A stretch of 64,000 nt of DNA from a bacterium (GCA_032250835.1 JAVVEA010000003.1:89458-153457), one strand, 5' to 3'; positions 46,852 to 57,043 are shown, numbered from the stretch's first letter. Numbers and translations: made by a program. Notes: generated by a model not told the origin, from the letters alone.

Positions 46852-47001
46852 ATGCCCCGTACCGTACCCGTTTGGTATTCGCCGACGCCTAAAGGGGTCT
46901 CTTTGTGGTTTTTTGCCATCGTGGTAGGGGTAGTTTGGCTCGTGAAGGCCCCTGGTCGTTTGCTGAAAAGGCTGTATCGGGCACCGATGTTCTGGTTTTA
47001 A
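46852..47001 (+). CDS. Small (49 aa) single-TM membrane protein, not in the ORF track
   Basis: AAGGA RBS within the RND 3' end; ATG 2 nt after the RND stop. MPRTVPVWYSPTPKGVSLWFFAIVVGVVWLVKAPGRLLKRLYRAPMFWF*. Its stop abuts the next RBS. Confidence 0.6.
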   Translation: MPRTVPVWYSPTPKGVSLWFFAIVVGVVWLVKAPGRLLKRLYRAPMFWF

Positions 47002-47012
47002 AGGGAGGGGGG

Positions 47013-48131
47013 ATGAGTGAGCGGTTTGAAGTACGCGAGGTTTTTAACCTCAAGGTGGTGCAAGAACAAGCGCAAAGGTTCTTAAAAGCTTGGCCGCTTT
47101 TTGACGCCCAGGGCTTTGTGGAATCGGTAACACCCCAGTTGCCGCCCCTAGGCTTTAAAGAACGGGCCGAAGTGATTGTGCGGGGTCTAGAGGCCTATTT
47201 GCCGGGGGATTTTCTGCAAGCCTTAGACATCTTGGTCGCCGCCTTGCCGCCGAAGATCGAGGGTGAAAACCTGGAAGGATACGGCGGCTTTATCTGTTGG
47301 CCTTTAGGCGATTGGATTGCCCAACACGGCCAGGACCACTTCGAGGCGTCCATGCAGGCGCTTTACCGGTTGACCCAGAGCTTTTCAGCCGAAGGAGCGA
47401 TCCGCCCCTTCTTGACCCAACAACCCGAGGCGACTTTAAAGATTTTGACCCAATGGGCCCAGGACCCTAACCCCCATGTGCGGCGTTTGGTCAGTGAGGG
47501 CACCCGCCCGCGTTTGCCCTGGACTCCGGCGTTGCCGCAGTACAAAAAAGACCCCCGCCCCTTGTTTAGCCTACTTGAAGCCCTCAAGGAGGACCCGGCT
47601 TTGTTGGTGCGCCGTTCGGTGGCCAACCACCTCAATGATGTCAGCAAAGACCACCCGGACTTGGCGGTTGAACTCCTGTCGCGGTGGCACCAGCAGGGTC
47701 CCAGCGAACGGGTCCGCTGGATCACTGGCCATGCCTTACGCACCCTGATAAAAAAAGGGCACCCCGGTGCCTTGGGATTGATGGGCTTTGAGGCTCAACC
47801 TCAGGTCAGCCTGGATTGGTTGCAGCGACCAGAGGACCTTAAAATTGGCGAGGAAATGCGCTTCTCTTTCCGACTTAAGTCAAAAGCTAAAACCCAGCAA
47901 AAACTAGTCATTGATTTTGCGGTAGGCTTCTGCAAAGCAAAGGGGCAATTGGCGGACAAGATGTTTAAACTCGCCGTACGGGACTTAGAACCGGGCGCTT
48001 CGGTGGAACTGAGCAAAGGTTTGGTCTTAGCCCAGCGCAGCACCCGCAAGCTGTATCCTGGTGCACACCGGCTTTCGGTTTGGGTCGGCGGGCAAGAGGT
48101 GGGCACTTGTAGCTTTAATTTGGAGGCCTGA
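47013..48131 (+). CDS. DNA alkylation repair family (AlkD/COG4335-like HEAT-repeat) protein
   Basis: LTQSFSAEGAIRPFL, HVRRLVSEGTRPRLPW, VRRSVANHLNDVSKDHP and STRKLYPG motifs. Start ATG 47013 after GGAGG. Confidence 0.88.
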   Translation: MSERFEVREVFNLKVVQEQAQRFLKAWPLFDAQGFVESVTPQLPPLGFKERAEVIVRGLEAYLPGDFLQALDILVAALPPKIEGENLEGYGGFICWPLGDWIAQHGQDHFEASMQALYRLTQSFSAEGAIRPFLTQQPEATLKILTQWAQDPNPHVRRLVSEGTRPRLPWTPALPQYKKDPRPLFSLLEALKEDPALLVRRSVANHLNDVSKDHPDLAVELLSRWHQQGPSERVRWITGHALRTLIKKGHPGALGLMGFEAQPQVSLDWLQRPEDLKIGEEMRFSFRLKSKAKTQQKLVIDFAVGFCKAKGQLADKMFKLAVRDLEPGASVELSKGLVLAQRSTRKLYPGAHRLSVWVGGQEVGTCSFNLEA

Positions 48132-48502
48132 TGGCGGTAAGTCAGGATTTTTTGGATTATTGTCTAGATCAGTTCGCCGAAATGCCGGAGTTGACTTTTA
48201 AGCGCATGTTTGGCGGGGCGGGGCTTTACTCTCAGGGCGTGATCTTTGCCGCACTCAGCGATGACCGCATTTTTTTGCGCACCGACCCCTTGAACTTAGC
48301 GGCTTATCAAGCCGAAGGGGCCGAGGCCTTTGCTCCGATGTCCGGCTCGAAGATGCCTTACCACGAACTCCCGCCGCAGGTGTTAGAAAACCCGGCATCA
48401 GCGCTCCAGTGGGGGCTCGAAGCCTATCAAGCGAGTTTGCGCAACCAGCAGCCCAAGGCGAAGAAAAAAGGGCTCAAGGTTAGGGGGCCTAGGCATAGCT
48501 AG
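48131..48502 (+). CDS. TfoX/Sxy N-terminal domain protein
   Basis: KRMFGGAGLY...FA...MPYHELP pattern. Confidence 0.88.
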   Translation: MAVSQDFLDYCLDQFAEMPELTFKRMFGGAGLYSQGVIFAALSDDRIFLRTDPLNLAAYQAEGAEAFAPMSGSKMPYHELPPQVLENPASALQWGLEAYQASLRNQQPKAKKKGLKVRGPRHS

Positions 48503-48556
48503 CCAAGTCGCAAATGCTTTGCTAGAATTAAGGATAAACTCTTTAAAGGCGAATTT

Positions 48557-48811
48557 ATGTGGCGTGGTCTGTTGACATCTCTGGTCCTATGGTCGGCGTT
48601 GAGTAGCGATGCTCTGGCGGTCAATTGGTCTAAGGCGATGCAGATGTATTATGAAGACTTCAACCCGATGAACGAAATCTTAGCGACCCTCGGCTTGATA
48701 GTGGTCGTGGTCGGCGGTGGTTTTTTGTTTTCCCGTTGGCGCGCCAAGCGCCGCGAAGAGCGGATTGCCAGACTCAAACAAGATAAAAAAGACTTCCACG
48801 ACGCCCTGTAA
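48557..48811 (+). CDS. Small hypothetical membrane protein
   Basis: Signal-like N-terminus, one TM (LGLIVVVVGGGFLF) and a basic tail; fills the gap in operon orientation. Confidence 0.65.
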   Translation: MWRGLLTSLVLWSALSSDALAVNWSKAMQMYYEDFNPMNEILATLGLIVVVVGGGFLFSRWRAKRREERIARLKQDKKDFHDAL

Positions 48812-48825
48812 CGGTCCCCCTCCTT

Positions 48826-50619
48826 ATGTCTCTATTGGTTTCCTGCCGAGCCGTGGAAAAGGCCTTCGGTTCTGAGCCTCTGTTTAGCGGTATCTCGCTG
48901 GGCATCCATCAAGGCGAAAAAATGGGCCTGATCGGCTCCAACGGCTCAGGAAAGTCCACGCTGATGAAGATCTTTGCGGGCCTGATCCCACCCGACGAAG
49001 GCGAGGTGGTCTTCCGTAAGGGGCTCCAAACCGGTTGGCTGGCGCAGTCCGAGGCCTTTGGGGCCGAGGCCACCGTGGGCAGCGAACTGGCGGCGGTATT
49101 AGCCCCTTTGGACTTAGACCCCGAAATCCAGGCCGACAAGATCAGCGCCTGGATCAGCGAGGCCGGTTTTAGCGGGGCCGAGCAGTTGGCCAGCAGCCTC
49201 TCGGGGGGCTACAAAAAGCGCCTGTCCATTGCCAAGGCGCTGATCACCGAGCCCGACCTATTGCTGCTCGACGAGCCGACCAACCACTTGGACTTAGAGG
49301 GCATCCTTTGGCTTGAGCAGCTGCTGCGTCAAGCGACCTTCGCCTTTGTCTTGATCAGCCACGACCGCCAACTTTTAGAGCGGGTGCCCCAGCGGATGAT
49401 CGAGCTGGGCGGGCACTACCCTGAGGGCTTCCTGGCCGTTGAGGGGCATTGGTCCGACTTTTTAAGCGCCAAAGAAAAATTTCTAGAAGACCAAATCAGC
49501 CGTCAGGCCGTCTTGTCCAATAAATTAAGGCGCGAGAAGGAATGGCTCAGCCGGGGCCCCAAGGCGCGCAGCACCAAAGCCCGCTACCGGATCGATGAGG
49601 CCGGAAGGCTTGACGCCGAACTACGGATGTTAAAGGGCTTAAACCGCCCTAGACCCAAATTAGACTTGGATTTTGTGGCCACCGGCCGCCAGACCCGTCG
49701 CCTCTTAGAGGCCTATAATTTGGGCCTGGAAATGGGCGGGCGGCGGCTCTTTTCGAAGGTCGCTTTTAAACTGACCAACGGCAGTCGATTAGGGCTTTTG
49801 GGCCAGAACGGCTGTGGCAAAACCAGCCTGCTGCGGGCCTTGCAAAACCAACTCAAGCCCATAGAAGGCAGCATCAAAACCGCCGAAGACCTACGCATCG
49901 AGGTCTTTGACCAACACCGCGAATTGCTCGACCCAGACCTGCCGCTACGCAACGCTTTGAGCGAAACCGGCGAGTCGGTGGTTTATCAGGGCAAGGAATT
50001 ACATATCGTCACCTGGGCCAAGAAGTTTCTCTTTGATCCCAGCCAGCTTGAGCTACCGGTCGGCCAGCTTTCGGGTGGTGAGCAGGCGCGGGTCCAGATT
50101 GCCCGGTTGATGTTGCGCCCCGCCGATTTGTTGCTGCTTGATGAGCCGACCAACGACCTGGACATCCCGGCCTTAGAGGTCTTAGAAGAAAGCATTCAGG
50201 AGTTTAACGGGGCGGTGGTCTTGGTGACCCACGACCGGGCCCTGCTCAACCGCGTGGCCACCCAAATCTTGGGCCTGGGGGTCGCCGAGCCCCAGCTTTA
50301 CGCGGATTTTGACCAATGGTTTGCCGCCCAGGTTCCTGCGGCCCCTTTGGGCGCGCCCGCCGCGGCTTCGGCACAGAAGCCTAAGAAGAGCAGCGGTGGC
50401 TTGAGCTTTGCCGAGCAGAAGGAACTGAGCAAGATGCAAGGGCGCATCGAAAAGGCCGAAATGGAAATCAGCGAGATGGAAGCCCGCTTGGCCGCTCCAG
50501 AAATGGCCCAAGACCACGGAGCTTTAGAGACCCATTGGGCCGAGTTGACCTCGGCCAAGTCTCGTCTAGAAGGGCTCTACGCCCGTTGGGCCGAGTTGGA
50601 AGCTAAGGATGATCGCTGA
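48826..50619 (+). CDS. ABC-F family ATPase (Uup-like)
   Basis: Two NBDs (GSNGSGKST/LSGG/DEPTNHLD and GQNGCGKTS/LSGGE/DEPTNDLD); GPKARSTKA linker; C-terminal coiled coil ending YARWAELE. Confidence 0.92.
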   Translation: MSLLVSCRAVEKAFGSEPLFSGISLGIHQGEKMGLIGSNGSGKSTLMKIFAGLIPPDEGEVVFRKGLQTGWLAQSEAFGAEATVGSELAAVLAPLDLDPEIQADKISAWISEAGFSGAEQLASSLSGGYKKRLSIAKALITEPDLLLLDEPTNHLDLEGILWLEQLLRQATFAFVLISHDRQLLERVPQRMIELGGHYPEGFLAVEGHWSDFLSAKEKFLEDQISRQAVLSNKLRREKEWLSRGPKARSTKARYRIDEAGRLDAELRMLKGLNRPRPKLDLDFVATGRQTRRLLEAYNLGLEMGGRRLFSKVAFKLTNGSRLGLLGQNGCGKTSLLRALQNQLKPIEGSIKTAEDLRIEVFDQHRELLDPDLPLRNALSETGESVVYQGKELHIVTWAKKFLFDPSQLELPVGQLSGGEQARVQIARLMLRPADLLLLDEPTNDLDIPALEVLEESIQEFNGAVVLVTHDRALLNRVATQILGLGVAEPQLYADFDQWFAAQVPAAPLGAPAAASAQKPKKSSGGLSFAEQKELSKMQGRIEKAEMEISEMEARLAAPEMAQDHGALETHWAELTSAKSRLEGLYARWAELEAKDDR

Positions 50620-50777
50620 GTTCCTCAAGGGGCTCGCTAGGCGGTAGAGTAAATACCAGATAAAACAATCGGTTAGCTAACTGATTTTGGAAGGGCCCTT
50701 GACGGTTCCCCTTTAGGGGTTCTATCTCATGGGCTTACCTAATCTATACTATATATATCAACCTCCATATTGACCCT

Positions 50778-53348
50778 ATGAGCGTCGTCGTCGTTGTCGA
50801 GTCCCCTACTAAAGCCAAAACGATCCGTGATTTCCTCCCCAAGGGTTATGAGGTGATCGCCAGCATGGGCCACATCCGCGACCTGCCCCAATCGGCGTCT
50901 GAGATTCCCGAGAAGGTCAAAAAGGAGAAGTGGGCGCAGTTAGGCGTAAACGTTGAAAAGGACTTTGAGCCGCTCTACGTGGTGCCCAAAGATAAGAAGA
51001 AGATCATTAAAGAGATCAAAGACCTGTTAGCTAAGGCTGACGAGTTGATCCTGGCGACTGACGAGGACCGCGAAGGAGAATCGATCAGCTGGCATCTGCT
51101 CGAAGAGCTTAAGCCCAAGGTGCCTGTCAAGCGGATGGTCTTTCATGAAATCACCAAAGAAGCGATTACCGAGGCTTTAGCCAACTGCCGCGAGATCAAA
51201 ATTTCCTTGGTCCGCGCCCAAGAGACACGCCGCATCTTGGACCGTTTGGTGGGCTACACGTTGAGTCCGCTGCTCTGGAAAAAGGTGGCCGCCGGTCTTT
51301 CGGCCGGTCGGGTTCAGTCGGCGGCGGTACGGGTTTTGGTGCAGAAAGAGCGCGAACGCCGGGCTTTCCAGAAAGCCAGCTACTGGGACTTAGTGGCCCA
51401 GTTGGAAAAAGATGGCACCCGTTTTGATGCTAAGTTAAATGCCTTAGAAGGGCAGAAAATCGCCCAAGGCGCGGACTTTGACGAAAATACCGGTAAGCTC
51501 AAGAAGGGCAAGAAGGTCCGCCTGCTTGATGAGAAGGCGGCCCGCACCCTGGAAAACGAGTTGGTGGGGCAAGCCTTTAAGGTACTGAGCTTAGAGGAAA
51601 AGCCCTCGGCCAGCCGCCCGGCTCCCCCCTTCATCACCTCTACGCTACAGCAGGAAGCGAACCGTAAGCTGCGCCTGAGCCCCCGTCAGGCTATGCAGGT
51701 CGCCCAGGCACTTTACGAGCGCGGTTTTATCACCTACATGCGTACCGACTCGGTCAACCTGTCGGATCAAGCCATCGATGCTTCGCGCAAGTGTGTGACT
51801 AAGCTCTATGGCAAAGACTATCTGCCCGAAAAACCCCGCCTTTATAAGACCAAGTCCAAAGGAGCCCAAGAGGCCCACGAGGCGATCCGCCCGGCGGGTT
51901 CTACCTTCATTGAGCCTGCCAAGTCCGGCCTTAAGGGCATGGAATTGGCGCTTTATGACCTGATCTGGAAGCGCACCGTCGCCAGCCAGATGAAAGACGC
52001 CCAGCAGGTCCACTTGACTGCGCTGTTTGAAGCCGGTGCCGCTCAGTTCCGCTCTAGCGGCAAGCGCATCGAATTCCCCGGTTTTTTCCGGGCTTATGTC
52101 GAAGGTAGCGACGACCCCAACCAAGCGTTAGAAGACAAGGAAGTGGTCCTGCCCGCTATGAAAGCCGGCGAAATGATCGACCAAAAGAGCGTCGAAGCCA
52201 AAGACCACGAAACCAAGCCCCCAGCGCGCTTTACCGAAGCGAGCTTGGTCAAGAAGCTAGAAGCCGAAGGGATCGGTCGCCCCTCGACCTACGCCACGGT
52301 TATCGACACCATCCAAAACCGGGGCTACGTAGAAGTGGTCAACCACACGCTAGTGCCCACCTTTACCGCTTTTGCGGTCGTGGGGCTGTTGGAGGCCCAC
52401 TTCGCCGAGTTGGTGGATCTCGATTTTACCGCCAAGATGGAGCAGGTTTTAGACGAAGTCGCCTTGGGCGAGAAGGACTGGCTGCCCTACATGAAAGAAT
52501 TTTACAGCGGCAAAGACGGCCTGGGCGAGAAGACGGCCCGCAAGACCGATGAAATCGGCCCCGGAGAATTCCGTAGCATCCAGTTTGACGACCTCACCGC
52601 GAAGGTCTGCATCGGCCGCTTTGGGCCCTACCTAGAGATTGGCGAAGGTGAAGAACACCAGACCGCCTCGATCCCCAAAGACATCACCCCGGCCGAATTG
52701 AGCCAAGAGCAGGTGGACCTGATCTTGATGCAGCAGCAAAAGGGCCACGAAGAACTGGGCATCCATCCCGACACGGGCCAACCGGTCTTTTTGTTTAACG
52801 GCGCTTACGGCCCCTATGTCCAGTTGGGCGAGGCCGAAGAAGGCAAGGCTAAGCCCAAGCGGGTGACGCTGCCCAAGGGTCTAAAAGAAGAAGAAGTGGA
52901 TATGGAAGCGGCGCTGAAGCTGCTCAGCCTGCCCCGCCACTTAGGCGACCATCCCGAGACTGGGGCCCCGGTACGTGCGGGCATCAGCCGCTTCGGCAGT
53001 TATGTGGTGCATGAAGACCCTAAAGGCGGCAAAGACTACCGCACTTTGCCCAAAGAGATGAGTATTTTGGACGTCGAGATGGCCCAGGCGATGGAGCTGC
53101 TCAGCCAAGAGAAGCGGGGCCGCCGCAAGAAATCCGAGGCGCTGCGCGAGATGGGCGAACACCCTGTCGACGGCAAGCCAGTGGCGATTTTTAATGGCCC
53201 CTATGGTCCTTATGTCAAACATGAGAAAACCAACGCTTCGATCCCCAAAGACGAGTCTGTTGACGACCTGAGCATGGAAAGGGCGGTGGAACTGTTGGAC
53301 GCCCGCGCCAAGGTGAAACCCAAGGCCCGTGGCCGCCGCCGCAGCTGA
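50778..53348 (+). CDS. topA: DNA topoisomerase I (type IA) with Topo-C repeats
   Basis: VVESPTKAKTI, ATDEDREGE, SAGRVQS, catalytic ITYMRTDS, GIGRPSTYA; GRFGPY-type C-terminal repeats. Confidence 0.98.
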   Translation: MSVVVVVESPTKAKTIRDFLPKGYEVIASMGHIRDLPQSASEIPEKVKKEKWAQLGVNVEKDFEPLYVVPKDKKKIIKEIKDLLAKADELILATDEDREGESISWHLLEELKPKVPVKRMVFHEITKEAITEALANCREIKISLVRAQETRRILDRLVGYTLSPLLWKKVAAGLSAGRVQSAAVRVLVQKERERRAFQKASYWDLVAQLEKDGTRFDAKLNALEGQKIAQGADFDENTGKLKKGKKVRLLDEKAARTLENELVGQAFKVLSLEEKPSASRPAPPFITSTLQQEANRKLRLSPRQAMQVAQALYERGFITYMRTDSVNLSDQAIDASRKCVTKLYGKDYLPEKPRLYKTKSKGAQEAHEAIRPAGSTFIEPAKSGLKGMELALYDLIWKRTVASQMKDAQQVHLTALFEAGAAQFRSSGKRIEFPGFFRAYVEGSDDPNQALEDKEVVLPAMKAGEMIDQKSVEAKDHETKPPARFTEASLVKKLEAEGIGRPSTYATVIDTIQNRGYVEVVNHTLVPTFTAFAVVGLLEAHFAELVDLDFTAKMEQVLDEVALGEKDWLPYMKEFYSGKDGLGEKTARKTDEIGPGEFRSIQFDDLTAKVCIGRFGPYLEIGEGEEHQTASIPKDITPAELSQEQVDLILMQQQKGHEELGIHPDTGQPVFLFNGAYGPYVQLGEAEEGKAKPKRVTLPKGLKEEEVDMEAALKLLSLPRHLGDHPETGAPVRAGISRFGSYVVHEDPKGGKDYRTLPKEMSILDVEMAQAMELLSQEKRGRRKKSEALREMGEHPVDGKPVAIFNGPYGPYVKHEKTNASIPKDESVDDLSMERAVELLDARAKVKPKARGRRRS

Positions 53349-53359
53349 GGCATTTTTGT

Positions 53360-53388
53360 TGAAAAAGCCAGCGCTTATCCCCATAATG
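53360..53388 (+). promoter_or_regulatory. Sigma70-type promoter for the 53418 ORF
   Basis: TTGAAA-N17-CATAAT. Confidence 0.55.
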
Positions 53389-53417
53389 GCGGAAGTTAAC
53401 AGCCCCCAGGGAGAAAA

Positions 53418-54599
53418 ATGGCGTTGCAAACGCTCAAGGACTTTTTAAAGGAGTACAGCCCTCCAGGCCAGTTGGAGCGCCTTTCCTTCGGTCATTATTT
53501 CTACAAAGACCGCGTCGAGCGTTTGGACCTGATTTCCAACAATATGTTGGGTATTTCGGTGCAAGTGGGCCAGAAGAATTACACCGTCGGGGATGTCTCC
53601 CAAGCGGGTTTTTCTTATGTCCAAGAAGTACCCCGCATGCCCAACATGACCGACCGGCGCATCCGCCGCCGGATCCAAGAAGTGGCCGATTCCAACATCG
53701 GTAAAAGCTTCCCGATCTCTCTGTTCTTTTTAGGCGATAAGAACCACCCCAAGCTGGATGTTTGGGGCAAGATCGTGAATTACCAGCTTTTTAAGATGCT
53801 GGGGCACCAAGAGGTCGAACGGGAAATCGGTTATGTGCTTTACAAGAAGGGTGTCAAGGCCGGTTCGGATCCTCATCGTTATTACGATAAGATGGATGCG
53901 ATGCTCAAGCGAGCCTTTAAAGAAGGCCACCGCCGCAAGTGGGACCGCTTTTCGAACGTGGCCATGAACATGGCCTTCTTGAATTTGATCGGCGAGATCG
54001 GCGCGCCGCCGGAGTTTTATGAGCGGTTGATTGACGACTATAAAAACCGCCCTCTCTGGATGAAATACGGCGTTTTTCTCGAAGACCCCACCGAAGCCTT
54101 ACGGCTCTATAGTTTCGCTTGCTACCGCGATGCCGACCGCCTGATTGCTGAACAGGAAAAACGCAAACAGCGCATCCGCGACAAGCAGGACTTCTTCGAT
54201 CAGGTAGGCAAAAAATACGACACCCGCGCTTTTTTAGAATTGGTCTGGAAGCGGGGCTTGAAGTATTACAACCTCAGCGGCCATATCCCCTTCCCGCACC
54301 CAACCAACAAGGAAGACTCAGAGAATTTTACTTCTAAGTTGATGGACTATAACGGCTTTTTAGAAAAGATTGCCGACAAGGATTACCGCAACAGCAGTGC
54401 GCCCAACGAGTTCGAGATTTTCCTGGCCGAGGGGCTTTATTGGCACCTGATCGACAAGGATAAGAAGTACTTGGATAAGTCACTGATCGTCTCGGAGGTC
54501 CAAGGGATCATGGCTAGCTGCTTTGGGGAATTGATGAGTGAAGCCGGTTGGCAAGAGGCAGGGGCCGAAGCCCCCAAACCAGGGACTTCGACAAGCTGA
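53418..54599 (+). CDS. Hypothetical cytoplasmic protein (393 aa)
   Basis: Long ORF with GGGAG RBS, own promoter and host-like codon usage; no family motif recognised. Confidence 0.8.
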   Translation: MALQTLKDFLKEYSPPGQLERLSFGHYFYKDRVERLDLISNNMLGISVQVGQKNYTVGDVSQAGFSYVQEVPRMPNMTDRRIRRRIQEVADSNIGKSFPISLFFLGDKNHPKLDVWGKIVNYQLFKMLGHQEVEREIGYVLYKKGVKAGSDPHRYYDKMDAMLKRAFKEGHRRKWDRFSNVAMNMAFLNLIGEIGAPPEFYERLIDDYKNRPLWMKYGVFLEDPTEALRLYSFACYRDADRLIAEQEKRKQRIRDKQDFFDQVGKKYDTRAFLELVWKRGLKYYNLSGHIPFPHPTNKEDSENFTSKLMDYNGFLEKIADKDYRNSSAPNEFEIFLAEGLYWHLIDKDKKYLDKSLIVSEVQGIMASCFGELMSEAGWQEAGAEAPKPGTSTS

Positions 54600-54611
54600 G
54601 CTAAGGACTGA

Positions 54612-55022
54612 TTATCGGACGCCTTTGGAGATCAAGAAGTCCGAATACTTGGCGTCAATGCCTTGGATGTGGTTGACCAGCCAGTCGGTCAAAAATTTCA
54701 TCACATCTACCCCGATCATAAAGTTCGAGCTGCCCGTAAATTGTTTGTGCAGGTCTTTGACTTTAGCGACAAACTGGGTGTGTTCTTTCTTGTGGGCTTC
54801 GGTTTCGGCGTAGCCATGTTCTGCGAAGAGTTTCTCTTCGTAGGTAAAGTGTTGCTCCGTGTATTTGAGCAGTCCGTCGAAGATATCGCCCAACACAGCG
54901 CGAGAATCGCCGCTCGACATGGCGTCCTGTAGGCTGTTGATCATGTTGATCAATACCTTGTGCTGTTCGTCAATCGAAGGAATTTTAACGCTGAGGTTAT
55001 CATTCCAGTTTAACAAGGCCAT
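54612..55022 (-). CDS. Bacteriohemerythrin
   Basis: WNDNLSV.IPSIDEQH, HFTYEE, HKKEH and WLVNHIQGID motifs. Start ATG 55022 with GGAG RBS. Confidence 0.95.
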   Translation of the reverse strand: MALLNWNDNLSVKIPSIDEQHKVLINMINSLQDAMSSGDSRAVLGDIFDGLLKYTEQHFTYEEKLFAEHGYAETEAHKKEHTQFVAKVKDLHKQFTGSSNFMIGVDVMKFLTDWLVNHIQGIDAKYSDFLISKGVR

Positions 55023-55244
55023 GGTCACTCTCCAGATAGGGTTGCCGATTGAGTTTTTCAACCAAGCGTCGGCTCAGCTTGCCAATGCGTTGAACTTTTG
55101 TTTATCAAAGCGGAGGGAAAAAAACAATTTTTTTTTTTGCTCCAAAAGTTGATTGTATAGTTGGCGGAATCCCGCTTGGGCCATAGCTTAAAGCGAAACC
55201 AACCCTTGCCCTTAAGGGCCAAAGACCAAAGCCTAAGTAAACCC

Positions 55245-56267
55245 ATGGAACCAAAGAATTTGCTAGAAAAATTATTGTCTCACGTTAGCTTGAGCAACCA
55301 AGAGGCGCGCGAGGTGATGGAAGCGATCATGGAAGGCAGCCTGCCGCACTCGGTGGTTTCGGCCCTGTTGGTGGCCTTGCGTGCCAAAGGGGAGTCCTCT
55401 ACCGAAATCGCCGCCTTTGCTCAGGTGATGCGCGAGAAGGCCACGCCGATTCCGGTCGATGCCGAGTTGGTGGTGGATACCTGTGGCACCGGCGGGGACT
55501 CGATGGGCAGCTATAACATTTCCACCACCGTGGGCTTGTTGCTCGCCGGTGGCGGGTATAAAGTGGCCAAACACGGCAACCGCTCGATGACCAGTCGCTC
55601 GGGCAGCGCCGATGTATTAGAGGCCTTGGGCGTCAAGATCGACTTGAGCCCCGAGCAGGTAGGGCAGGTGTTGCAGCGCTGCAACTTTGGTTTTTTGTTC
55701 GCCCCGGCGTTACATGGGGCCATGAAATATGTGATGCCGGTGCGTAAGGAATTAGGCATCCGGACGGTTTTTAATCTCCTAGGCCCCCTGACCAACCCGG
55801 CCCAGGCCCATGTACAGGTGATCGGGCTCTATGACCAAAACCGGGTGGTGCAGATCGCCGAGGTGCTCAAATCGTTGGGTAGCCGTGCCGCCTATGTGGT
55901 GGCGGGCTTAGATGGGATGGACGAAGTGAGTATCCAGTCGAACAGCCGGATCGCCCGGCTCAAAGACGGTGAAATCGTTGAGTTTGAGTTTGACCCCGAA
56001 AACTTCGGCTACCCCAAGGCCAGCGGCGAGGAACTCAGGGGCGGCGACCCCGAGGAAAATGCACAGATCACCCGCGGCCTGCTGGCAGGCGAGATTCTGG
56101 GCCCCAAACGGGATGTGTTGGTGCTCAATGCGGGCTTTGCCCTCAGTGCGGCCGAAGGGAGCGACCTCAAAGAAGGCTTCCAATTGGCCGAAAAGCTGCT
56201 GGACGAAAAGCGGGGTCTGGAGGCTTTAGAGTGCCTTAAAGAAACCAGCCATCAGTTTGCCTCATGA
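55245..56267 (+). CDS. trpD: Anthranilate phosphoribosyltransferase
   Basis: DTCGTGGD, NIST, KHGNRS, GSADVLE, RTVFNLLGPLTNP and GMDE motifs. Confidence 0.97.
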   Translation: MEPKNLLEKLLSHVSLSNQEAREVMEAIMEGSLPHSVVSALLVALRAKGESSTEIAAFAQVMREKATPIPVDAELVVDTCGTGGDSMGSYNISTTVGLLLAGGGYKVAKHGNRSMTSRSGSADVLEALGVKIDLSPEQVGQVLQRCNFGFLFAPALHGAMKYVMPVRKELGIRTVFNLLGPLTNPAQAHVQVIGLYDQNRVVQIAEVLKSLGSRAAYVVAGLDGMDEVSIQSNSRIARLKDGEIVEFEFDPENFGYPKASGEELRGGDPEENAQITRGLLAGEILGPKRDVLVLNAGFALSAAEGSDLKEGFQLAEKLLDEKRGLEALECLKETSHQFAS

Positions 56268-57043
56268 ATATCCTAGATCGGATCAACACCGACAAACAAG
56301 CCCAAGTCAACGCTACCTTGGGCCATATCGGCGCAGACCAACTGGCCCGAGGCCCCGCTGATCAGCGCCAACCCTTAGACTTTATAGCCGCCTTAAAGGC
56401 CCCTGGATTGAAGGTGATTGCGGAGGTAAAAAAGGCCTCGCCCAGCAAAGGCCTGATCCGCCCAGATTTCGACCCTTTGGCTATTGCCAAGAGCTACCAA
56501 CAGCATGGGGCCGCTTGCTTGAGTATCTTAACTGAGACGGACTATTTTCAGGGCAGCATTGACTACCTCAAAAGGGTCCGCGCCGAAGTAGACCTACCGA
56601 TTTTGCGCAAAGACTTTATGGTAGACTACCGCCAGGTGCGAGAGTCTTATGAGATGGGCGCCGACGCAATCTTGTTGATCCTCTCTAGCCTAGAGGACCC
56701 GCAACTGATACGCTTCTATGAACTGGCCCAAAGCTATGGCTTGAGCGTGTTGGCCGAGGTGCACGACCGCGCTGAACTGGACCGGGCCTTGAAGCTGGGC
56801 TTTGGGCTGATCGGTGTGAACAACCGCAATCTCAAAACCTTTGAGACCCGTCTTGAGACTAGCCTGGAACTAGTCCAGGCGATGCCGAGCGGGGTGGTTA
56901 AGGTGAGTGAGTCGGGCATCAGCCGCCCCGAGGATTGCCGTTTGGTTAAAGACCATGGCTTTGATGCGGTCTTGGTGGGCGAAAGCCTGATGCGTCAGTC
57001 AGACCCAGGTCTGGCCTTGAGCCAACTAGTAGAGGGGCTTTGA
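56264..57043 (+). CDS. trpC: Indole-3-glycerol phosphate synthase
   Basis: IAEVKKASPSKG, LRKDF, GVNNRNL, SESGI and LVGESLM motifs. Confidence 0.97.
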   Translation: MNILDRINTDKQAQVNATLGHIGADQLARGPADQRQPLDFIAALKAPGLKVIAEVKKASPSKGLIRPDFDPLAIAKSYQQHGAACLSILTETDYFQGSIDYLKRVRAEVDLPILRKDFMVDYRQVRESYEMGADAILLILSSLEDPQLIRFYELAQSYGLSVLAEVHDRAELDRALKLGFGLIGVNNRNLKTFETRLETSLELVQAMPSGVVKVSESGISRPEDCRLVKDHGFDAVLVGESLMRQSDPGLALSQLVEGL

